A stretch of DNA of 16,452 nucleotides from a bacterium (GTDB lineage Bacteria > Zhuqueibacterota > Zhuqueibacteria > Oceanimicrobiales > Oceanimicrobiaceae): assembly GCA_046757165.1 (NCBI GenBank), contig JBHHXT010000102.1, forward strand, positions 1-16,452, written 5' to 3'. Each line of letters begins with the position of its first letter. Within the stretch, counting starts at the first letter, position 1. Below are positions 1-6,295 of the stretch, one piece after another. Below the pieces are notes generated by a model, which saw only the letters and a list, made by a program, of their open reading frames with translations, ran no database searches and had not been told where the DNA came from. A program made the translations under genes and the position numbers.

Positions 1-44
1 TGCAACGCTTTAGCGTTGCATGAAATGCTAAAGCATTTCACTCC
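1..44. repeat. Inverted doublet of REP-like palindromes (GTAG/GGAG class)
   Basis: 1-20 TGCAACGCT-TT-AGCGTTGCA is a perfect 9-bp hairpin. 21-44 on the minus strand reads GGAG-TGAAATGCT-TT-AGCATTTCA, a perfect 9-bp hairpin with a 5' GGAG. The two hairpins are 16/20 identical and all 4 differences are compensatory. Confidence 0.65.
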
Positions 45-51
45 TTACGTG

Positions 52-106
52 TTACGCAAAGGTTTTTCTCTGCGATCCCTTTGCGCCTTCGCGTCTTTGC
101 GTGAAA
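52..106. repeat. Short intergenic repeat element built of CTYYGCGN units (copy 1)
   Basis: Units ctctgcga (68-75), ctttgcgc (79-86), cttcgcgt (87-94), ctttgcgt-gaaa (95-106). Upstream ttacgcaaagg (52-62) is complementary to these units. A related copy lies in the opposite orientation at 12032-12070. Confidence 0.65.
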
Positions 107-192
107 TCTTTATCTTTTGGGATTTAATTTTCATTTCTTGCCAAAAAATGACAGAAAATAACTTGTCAGGTATTACACAACGGGAGACGCGA

Positions 193-975
193 ATGTCTTA
201 TGAATTCATCGTTGTCGAGCGGAAAGACAAAACGGCCGTCATCACCATCAACCGGCCGCAGGTCTTAAACGCGCTCAATTGGAAGACCATGACCGAGCTG
301 CACGATGCCCTGGCCAGCATGAGAGACGATTCCTCTACCGGCGGCGTCATCCTGACGGGTGCGGGCGAGAAAGCATTTGTCGCCGGCGCGGATATCAAAG
401 AACTGGCGACGAAAAACGCGGTGGCTGCCAAGGAGTTTTCGTCGCAAAGTCAAGAGATGCTGCGTTACCTGGAGCATTTCCCCAAACCGGTCATCGCAGC
501 GGTCAATGGATTTTGCCTGGGGGGCGGTTGCGAGCTGGCCATGGCCTGCCACATGCGCGTGGCCTCCGAAAATGCGAAATTCGGCCAGCCTGAAGTCAAC
601 CTGGGAATCATGTGCGGCAATGGTGGAACACAACGCTTGCCGAGGCTGGTCGGCAAGGGCCGCGCCATCGAGCTTATCCTCACCGGGAACATGATCGATG
701 CCCGGGAGGCGTATCGCATCGGGTTGGTCAACAAAGTCGCGCCCCTCGCAGAGTTGATGCAGACCGCTGAAACGATTCTAAAGACGATTTACACCAAAGG
801 TCCGATTGCGGTCAGGCTTTCCCTGGAGGCGATCAACCACGGCCTGGAGATGACTCTGGAAGAGGGCATTCAGCTGGAATCCAATCTCTTCGGTCTGTGT
901 TTTTCCACCGAAGACATGAAGGAGGGGACGCAGGCATTCACGGAGAAGAGGAAGCCGGAGTTCAAGGGCGAGTGA
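193..975 (+). CDS. Enoyl-CoA hydratase/isomerase (crotonase family, short-chain type)
   Basis: Crotonase motifs NRPQVLNAL, AFVAGADI, AAVNGFCLGGGCELAMAC, FGQPEVNLG and GGTQRLPRLVG. Start placed at ATG 193 behind GGGAG (182-186); the ORF extension to 16 runs through repeats. Confidence 0.93.
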   Translation: MSYEFIVVERKDKTAVITINRPQVLNALNWKTMTELHDALASMRDDSSTGGVILTGAGEKAFVAGADIKELATKNAVAAKEFSSQSQEMLRYLEHFPKPVIAAVNGFCLGGGCELAMACHMRVASENAKFGQPEVNLGIMCGNGGTQRLPRLVGKGRAIELILTGNMIDAREAYRIGLVNKVAPLAELMQTAETILKTIYTKGPIAVRLSLEAINHGLEMTLEEGIQLESNLFGLCFSTEDMKEGTQAFTEKRKPEFKGE

Positions 976-1001
976 ACCTATGAAAGGCCCGGAGGCGACG
1001 C

Positions 1002-2237
1002 ATGCAAAACGGAAACAAGACTGAGTTGATCTACGATTGGAACGTGCACAACGACCCTGGCTTTCAGCCTCGCGTGCCCATCGAGTTTGACGACGAGACC
1101 TTGAGAGACGGCTTACAAGCTCCATCCGTCACGGATCCCCCCATCGACGATAAGATCGAGATCCTGCATTTGATGGACAAACTGGGGATTCACACGGCTG
1201 CCATCGGGTTGCCCGGCGCCGGGCCGCGCGTCGTCGCGGACGTCACCCGGTTGGCGCAGGAGATCGTGGACAGCAAATTGACCATTCAGGCCAACTGCGC
1301 TGCCCGTACCGTCGAAGCGGACCTCATCCCGATCATCGAGATTTCCCAGAAGGTGGGCATGGCCATTGAAGCCTGCACCTTCATTGGCTCCAGCCCGATC
1401 CGGCAGTATGCCGAGAATTGGGATGTCGATTTCTTGCTGCGACAAACGGAGCTGGCGGTCACATTTGTGGCCAGGCATGGGCTGCCTGTCATGTTCGTGA
1501 CCGAAGATACCGTCCGCTCCAAACCCGAGGATCTGCGCCGGCTCTACACAACGGCCATCAACAGCGGCGCTCAGCGTATTTGCCTCTGCGACACGGTCGG
1601 GCATGCGACGCCGAAAGGCGTAAAAAGTCTGGTCTCCTTCATTGGCGAGGTCGTCGCCTCGGTTGACGACCGCGTGCGAATGGACTGGCACGGCCACCGG
1701 GACCGGGGATTGGATCTCGCCAACACCCTGGCTGCTATCGAGGCCGGAGCGACCCGCGTGCATGGCTGCGCCCTCGGAGTCGGTGAACGGGTGGGCAATA
1801 CACCCATGGACTTGATCCTGGCCAACTGTAAGTTGACCGGCTGGATCCAGAATGACCTGTCAATGCTCAAAACCTACTGTGAAAAGGTGTCGCAAGCGCT
1901 GGGCGTGCCCATTCCGCAGAACTATCCGGTCATTGGGCCGGACGCGTTTCGCACCGGCACGGGTGTACACGCCGCCGCCATCATCAAAGCCGAGCAGAAG
2001 GGTGATAGCTGGCTGGTGGACAATGTCTATTCGGGGGTTCCGGCCGACTGGTTCGGCAGCGAGCAGATCATCGAGGTGGGGCCGATGAGCGGCGTGTCCA
2101 ACGTCATCTACTGGCTCAAGAAACGAAACCTGGAGCCGAAGAACGAGTGGGTGGACGCCATATTCGATCAGGCCAAATCATCCAACCGCTTATTGACCGA
2201 CGACGAAATCTACGGGATTATCGGCGTCAAGAGATAG
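1002..2237 (+). CDS. LeuA-family (2-isopropylmalate/homocitrate/citramalate synthase-like) DRE-TIM enzyme lacking the C-terminal regulatory domain
   Basis: DETLRDGLQ, LCDTVG, metal-binding HGHRDRG, GVGERVGN and AFRTGTGVHAAA. 411 aa. RBS GGAGG at 991-995. Confidence 0.85.
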   Translation: MQNGNKTELIYDWNVHNDPGFQPRVPIEFDDETLRDGLQAPSVTDPPIDDKIEILHLMDKLGIHTAAIGLPGAGPRVVADVTRLAQEIVDSKLTIQANCAARTVEADLIPIIEISQKVGMAIEACTFIGSSPIRQYAENWDVDFLLRQTELAVTFVARHGLPVMFVTEDTVRSKPEDLRRLYTTAINSGAQRICLCDTVGHATPKGVKSLVSFIGEVVASVDDRVRMDWHGHRDRGLDLANTLAAIEAGATRVHGCALGVGERVGNTPMDLILANCKLTGWIQNDLSMLKTYCEKVSQALGVPIPQNYPVIGPDAFRTGTGVHAAAIIKAEQKGDSWLVDNVYSGVPADWFGSEQIIEVGPMSGVSNVIYWLKKRNLEPKNEWVDAIFDQAKSSNRLLTDDEIYGIIGVKR

Positions 2238-2247
2238 ATGGAACTGC

Positions 2248-2724
2248 ATGGATCTGCCGCACCCGGACCGCCGCAAGAACAAAGACCGCAGAGCAAAACC
2301 CACATCTCCGTTCACGCGGGCAAGCCTCTTTGGTTCGAGAAAGACCATCCGGCGCCAGGAAGATCGAGCGGTTCATCGCTTCGTTGACCGCTACAGTTTC
2401 CGAGCTATCCTGGCAGGTGGGGGTGTGGTCCTGCTCTCGCTTCTGGACGCCGTCCTGACCTTGAAATTGCTCGACCTGGGAGCGGCCAGAGAGGTCAATC
2501 CTGTCATGGCGTTTTTCATCAGGCAAGGTCCGGTCATTTTTCTGACCGCAAAATACGTCATCACCGTGGTCTGTGTGACCACGTTCCTTGTCCTGAAGAA
2601 TTTTTCCTATCTGCACGGACGCATCAGCGTAAAGTCCCTGCTGGTGTTCATTTTCATCCTGTACGCGTGTTTGATCGTCTACGAGCTGAGTTTGTTTTAC
2701 AGGTTCAAAACCGGGATGGGGTAG
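2248..2724 (+). CDS. DUF5658-like small membrane protein
   Basis: N-terminal DRR-x-DRR basic region, then LLSLLDAVLTL..GAAREVNPVM..F..AKY and about 3 hydrophobic segments. This matches my recollection of DUF5658. Confidence 0.7.
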   Translation: MDLPHPDRRKNKDRRAKPTSPFTRASLFGSRKTIRRQEDRAVHRFVDRYSFRAILAGGGVVLLSLLDAVLTLKLLDLGAAREVNPVMAFFIRQGPVIFLTAKYVITVVCVTTFLVLKNFSYLHGRISVKSLLVFIFILYACLIVYELSLFYRFKTGMG

Positions 2725-2732
2725 AGAGGAGC

Positions 2733-3110
2733 TTATTGCGGCATGGGAGGAACGCCTTTCTCGAAATCCCAGACAGCCTCCTTGATGGAGTCATAGACGC
2801 GCAGGATCCAGAAAAACTCCAGGACTTTGTAGACTTCGTACACGTTCTCGTTCATATTCACCAGCTTCAAGTCCCCGCCGTTGTCGCGGATTTCTTTTAT
2901 TTTGCTCAGAAAAATACTCCAGCCTCGACTGCTGATGTAGTCAACCTGTTCCAGGTCGATGATGATCCAGTACGATTTCGTCGCGATGAGCGAGTCGAGC
3001 ACATAATCGATTTCATCGGAGGTGCTGAATTCGATATACCCTCCGACCGCCACGACAGCGATTGGCTTGAGCGGCTCTCTGGGAGATTTTTGCAGCGTCG
3101 AGTTTACCAA
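2733..3110 (-). CDS. STAS-domain anti-sigma-factor antagonist (RsbV/SpoIIAA-like); start uncertain
   Basis: IAVVAVGGYI...IIIDLEQVDYISSRGW...IRDNGGDLKLVNMNENVYEV is a STAS pattern with the phosphoacceptor-Ser region. TTG 3110 is preferred over GTG 3203 because a sigma70 promoter at 3185-3213 overlaps the longer start. Confidence 0.85.
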   Translation of the reverse strand: MVNSTLQKSPREPLKPIAVVAVGGYIEFSTSDEIDYVLDSLIATKSYWIIIDLEQVDYISSRGWSIFLSKIKEIRDNGGDLKLVNMNENVYEVYKVLEFFWILRVYDSIKEAVWDFEKGVPPMPQ

Positions 3111-3184
3111 TGGAAAATAGGTCCGGTTGTTGTCCTTTCCTCTCGATCTTTTATGACAAAAGGGTGCGATAAATTTCAAAGGGT

Positions 3185-3213
3185 AAATTAAGGTTGGTTT
3201 CACTAGAAGTCAA
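3185..3213 (-). promoter_or_regulatory. Putative sigma70 promoter for the STAS gene
   Basis: Minus strand TTGACT (3213-3208), 17-nt spacer, TAATTT (3190-3185). Confidence 0.6.
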
Positions 3214-3223
3214 CAGAAAAATG

Positions 3224-3252
3224 TTGCATTTTTATTTCTCCTGAGCTACGTT
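3224..3252 (+). promoter_or_regulatory. Putative sigma70 promoter for dinB
   Basis: TTGCAT (3224-3229), 17-nt spacer, TACGTT (3247-3252). The dinB ATG is only 9 nt downstream. Confidence 0.45.
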
Positions 3253-3261
3253 AGGCGAGCG

Positions 3262-4446
3262 ATGAATCGAACCATCTTACATCTGGACATGGATGCCTTC
3301 TTTGCTGCCGTGGAGCAATTGGACCATCCCCACTATCGCGGCAAACCTGTCATCGTTGGCGCGGATCCCAAAGGCGGACAGGGCCGGGGGGTTGTTGCGA
3401 CCGCCAGTTACGAAGCGCGCAAATACGGCATTCACTCGGCCATGCCGATCTCGCAGGCGTATCGGCGTTGTCCGCACGGAATTTATCTGCGCGGCCGGCA
3501 CAAAAGGTACGCTGAGCAGTCGCGCGCCATGATGGACATTCTCAGGGAGTTCACTCCTGTCATTCAGAAGATCAGCATCGACGAAGCGTTCCTGGATCTG
3601 ACCCAGAGCCTGAATCTCTTTGGCGACGCCGAGTCACTGGGTCGACAAATCAAGGCCCGGATTCTGGAGCAGCTCCAGCTCACGGCCTCGATTGGCATCG
3701 CGCCCAACAAATTCGTTGCCAAGATCGCGTCTGATTTAGACAAACCCGACGGCTTTGTGGTGGTCAGGCCAGGGGAAGAGAAAGATTTCTTGCATCCGTT
3801 GCCTATTTCGAGGCTCTGGGGCGTGGGCAAAAAGACCGAAGCCGTCCTGCGCGAGCTCGGCATCGAAACCATTGGGCAGATTGCAGACGCCTCCGAGGTC
3901 GAGCTGAACAAGAGGTTTGGCAAGTGGGGCAACGCCTTGTGGCGTTTGTCGCACGGGCTCGATGCCCGTGCGGTGGAAACCACGGAGGTGCAAAAATCCA
4001 TCAGCCAGGAGCGGACGTTCGACGTTGATACCGATGACCGCGAGCTGATCGAGCAGACACTCTTCCGCCTGGCCGATTCCCTCTCCCGCATGATGCGCAA
4101 GGACAGGTTGAAAGGCCGCACCATTACCCTGAAAATCCGCTTCGAGGATTTTTCCACCTTTACCCGCAGCAAAACGTTCGCGGATTTCATCGACTCGACG
4201 CAGATCATCAAAGGGGTCGCCATCTCGCTCTACCGGCGATTCAGCAAGAGCAAGAGAAAAGTGCGATTGCTGGGGATCGGTGTCTCGCAGCTCAACTCCG
4301 TCTCTGGCGAACAGTTGGGCTTGTTCGACCAGGAAGCGCCGCTCAACACCAAATTGACGAAATTGCTGGATTCGCTCAAGGAAAAATTCGGCGAAGATGC
4401 CGTGCAGCGTGCGGCTTTGCTGGAGCGAAAGAAACCTACCCCATAA
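3262..4446 (+). CDS. dinB: DNA polymerase IV (Y family)
   Basis: ILHLDMDAFFAAVEQ, RGVVATASYEARKYGIHSAMP, SIDEAFLD, SIGIAPNKFVAKIASDLDKPDG, HhH LWGVGKKT, little-finger KSISQERTF..VRLLGI, and clamp-binding QLGLF. Confidence 0.96.
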   Translation: MNRTILHLDMDAFFAAVEQLDHPHYRGKPVIVGADPKGGQGRGVVATASYEARKYGIHSAMPISQAYRRCPHGIYLRGRHKRYAEQSRAMMDILREFTPVIQKISIDEAFLDLTQSLNLFGDAESLGRQIKARILEQLQLTASIGIAPNKFVAKIASDLDKPDGFVVVRPGEEKDFLHPLPISRLWGVGKKTEAVLRELGIETIGQIADASEVELNKRFGKWGNALWRLSHGLDARAVETTEVQKSISQERTFDVDTDDRELIEQTLFRLADSLSRMMRKDRLKGRTITLKIRFEDFSTFTRSKTFADFIDSTQIIKGVAISLYRRFSKSKRKVRLLGIGVSQLNSVSGEQLGLFDQEAPLNTKLTKLLDSLKEKFGEDAVQRAALLERKKPTP

Positions 4447-4573
4447 CTTGTCCTCCCGCTTTGTCTGGTTTTCCGCACCAACGCCCCATTCGACACCCAT
4501 GTGCTGTCCTTCGCTGAGGCACGATTTCACGGCGCAACAGAATTCAGCAGCACACCGCCGGGCTTTGTCTGCT

Positions 4574-4586
4574 TAACTCCTTGAAA
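4574..4586 (-). promoter_or_regulatory. Possible IHF-binding site upstream of the sigma54 promoter
   Basis: Minus strand TTTCAAGGAGTTA against the consensus WATCAANNNNTTR (one mismatch), about 40 nt upstream of the -24 box. Confidence 0.4.
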
Positions 4587-4625
4587 ATTTGGGATCTTTC
4601 TTCGTCGCCACCGCCATCCTGACGG

Positions 4626-4640
4626 TGGCACGGAGCTTGC
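4626..4640 (+). promoter_or_regulatory. sigma54 (RpoN) -24/-12 promoter
   Basis: TGGCAC-GGAGC-TTGC is an exact match to TGGCAC-N5-TTGC, intergenic, ending 36 nt before the ATG at 4677. Confidence 0.75.
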
Positions 4641-4676
4641 GTCTCCTGGCGCGATTGTTAAGACCATGACACGACT

Positions 4677-5306
4677 ATGAAGAAATATCAATTTGTTTTT
4701 CCCACTCCCTGGCTCTGCGTCACCCTGATGTGCGCGTTGAGCGCATGCACGGGCCTGCGCACTCTGCCACAAAAGCAGAGCGTGCACGACGAGATTCGGC
4801 CCGGAGACGCGGTGGATGTCAAGTTTGACTACTATCCGGATTTGAACCAGACTTTCCTGATTCCGCCGGACGGTAAGGTCTGGCTCAAGGCGGTTGGCGA
4901 GCTGAAGGTCGTCGGTTTGGCAGGAATTGAATTACAGGCTATCCTGCGCGCTGAATATGGCGACATTCTGGCCATGCCCAATCTGAGCGTTGACGTCCGG
5001 CGACATGCGCGTTTTGCCGTCTATGTCACGGGTCAGATCAAACGGCCCGGCATTGTCAAATACGAGCGCAACCTGACGGTCGCACGTGGCATTCTTTTGG
5101 CCGGTGGATTGAAGGTCAAAGCATCGAGCTACGACATTTACGTCTTCAGAAGCGTTGGGGAAAAGGGCTTGCGTGGGTTCAAGATCGAGTGGAGCCGTCA
5201 CGCCGGCCAAAAGGGAATGAACAAGAACTTCAAACTCGCGCCTTTCGACATCGTTTATGTGATGCCGTCACCCGAGGCAAAGAGTCGAAGTGGCATTGAA
5301 ATTTGA
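4677..5306 (+). CDS. Polysaccharide biosynthesis/export (Wza/OPX-like) lipoprotein, short form
   Basis: Signal peptide with lipobox LSA-C, Poly_export pattern IRPGDAVDV..PDGKVWL..VGELKVVGL, and one SLBB domain (VYVTGQIKRPG...LTVARGILLAGG...LAPFDIVYV). Only 209 aa. Confidence 0.85.
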   Translation: MKKYQFVFPTPWLCVTLMCALSACTGLRTLPQKQSVHDEIRPGDAVDVKFDYYPDLNQTFLIPPDGKVWLKAVGELKVVGLAGIELQAILRAEYGDILAMPNLSVDVRRHARFAVYVTGQIKRPGIVKYERNLTVARGILLAGGLKVKASSYDIYVFRSVGEKGLRGFKIEWSRHAGQKGMNKNFKLAPFDIVYVMPSPEAKSRSGIEI

Positions 5307-5316
5307 GGCCTATTGA

Positions 5317-6072
5317 ATGACTGATGATGAGAGATTTCGCAACAAGCTCCCGAGTTTACATCTATTCTGCACCGATGAATCTCTAAGTGGTCCGTTCTGT
5401 GATGTCGATTTTATCCGAGCGCACTACCGAGCGCGGTTGGAGAAGGATACGTTGCCCGCGGGCGCCGAGTACATCATCTCCAATAGCACCACCGCCGATA
5501 TGAAGACGTTGCGGGAGCGCATCTTTGCCCTCAATCAAAACGACGGTAGAAATGTGGTTCTGTTCAATTCGCCCTACCAGGCGAGCATCGCCCCGGAGCT
5601 GATGCTCGAGTTTGCCTGGGAGCGGTCGAAGAGCGGCCACGAACGCATTTTGATCGTGGACTGCAACGCGCGCACCCCTGCTTTGAACCGCGTTTATCAA
5701 TTGTCGCGCGGCGTCGGGCTGGCAGAGCATGTCATCGGCACGCACGATCTGCACGAAATTATCATGAGAACGAATCTTCACAACGTCTTTTTGATCAGGA
5801 GCGGCAGTCTCAAGTTGGACCCGGTACACACGCTGATGTCCAAGCGGCTTGCCCGGCTGTTCAAGCGGGTTTGCAGCCAGTTTGATTTTGTCCTGGTCAA
5901 TACGCCACCCTACCGGGACTACGTTGACGCATTTGTCCTGGCCAAATTCATCCACCCTCTGGTGCTTCTTGTGTTGAGCTCCCGCTATTCGAGCTGGTCC
6001 CAAACCCGCGATATTCGCGATGAGCTGGCTGTGCTTGACGTGAACGTTTTGGGGGTCCTCAACAACCGGTAA
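5317..6072 (+). CDS. CpsD/CapB (Wzc kinase-domain)-like protein with degenerate nucleotide-binding motifs
   Basis: BY-kinase fold pattern KTLRERI..VVLFNS..RILIVDCNARTP..GLAE..TNLHNVFLIRSG..FDFVLVNTPP..DAFVL..VLGVLNN. Walker A GK[ST] is absent and there is no C-terminal Tyr cluster. Confidence 0.8.
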   Translation: MTDDERFRNKLPSLHLFCTDESLSGPFCDVDFIRAHYRARLEKDTLPAGAEYIISNSTTADMKTLRERIFALNQNDGRNVVLFNSPYQASIAPELMLEFAWERSKSGHERILIVDCNARTPALNRVYQLSRGVGLAEHVIGTHDLHEIIMRTNLHNVFLIRSGSLKLDPVHTLMSKRLARLFKRVCSQFDFVLVNTPPYRDYVDAFVLAKFIHPLVLLVLSSRYSSWSQTRDIRDELAVLDVNVLGVLNNR

Positions 6073-6121
6073 GCGAAACCTTTTTTCCCTTCTCCCAACC
6101 AGTACAAATCCCTAAATTAGC

Positions 6122-6150
6122 TTGACTCCAAGTCGCAGATTATCTATATT
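6122..6150 (+). promoter_or_regulatory. Putative sigma70 promoter for the GT2 gene
   Basis: TTGACT (6122-6127), 17-nt spacer, TATATT (6145-6150). Confidence 0.65.
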
Positions 6151-6295
6151 CCTCCTTGTTTTTAAACGGCCTTCAGTCCAGGTCTGCGATGTTCCCGTTC
6201 GCAGGAATAAACAGATGGGCGATTTTGTTTAAATACCAGATTTTTGTCACTTAGCTTGCGGACCAGCGGTCGGGTCGACCAAATAATGTCAAAGA

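Noticed and set aside
1..106. CRISPR array at the window start
   Set aside because: The palindromes abut and are inverted, there are no spacers of constant length, and no cas genes are present.
16..192. 59-aa N-terminal extension of the crotonase ORF
   Set aside because: It translates through the REP and CTTTGCG repeats and the AT-rich promoter zone. The family domain and an SD begin at ATG 193.
1002..2237. HMG-CoA lyase call (leucine catabolism with the crotonase)
   Set aside because: The length and the DETLRDG, GERVGN and GVH motifs fit the synthase branch of the DRE-TIM family rather than the shorter lyase.
2667..3191. 174-aa plus-strand ORF
   Set aside because: It is antisense to the STAS gene and has no recognisable motif.
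3111..3203. Longer STAS start at GTG 3203
   Set aside because: It lies inside the predicted promoter and adds sequence unlike a STAS domain. The exact start remains uncertain.
3564..4530. Long minus-strand ORFs (219 and 264 aa)
   Set aside because: They are antisense shadows of dinB, as expected in GC-rich coding DNA.
4666..4680. Four-codon uORF (MTRL) whose stop overlaps the OPX ATG
   Set aside because: It is short enough to arise by chance, has no SD, and I have no conservation evidence.
6151..6295. Possible c-di-GMP or other riboswitch in the GT2 leader
   Set aside because: Only short stems are present (e.g. CTGCGA/TCGCAG). There is no recognisable aptamer consensus or terminator.
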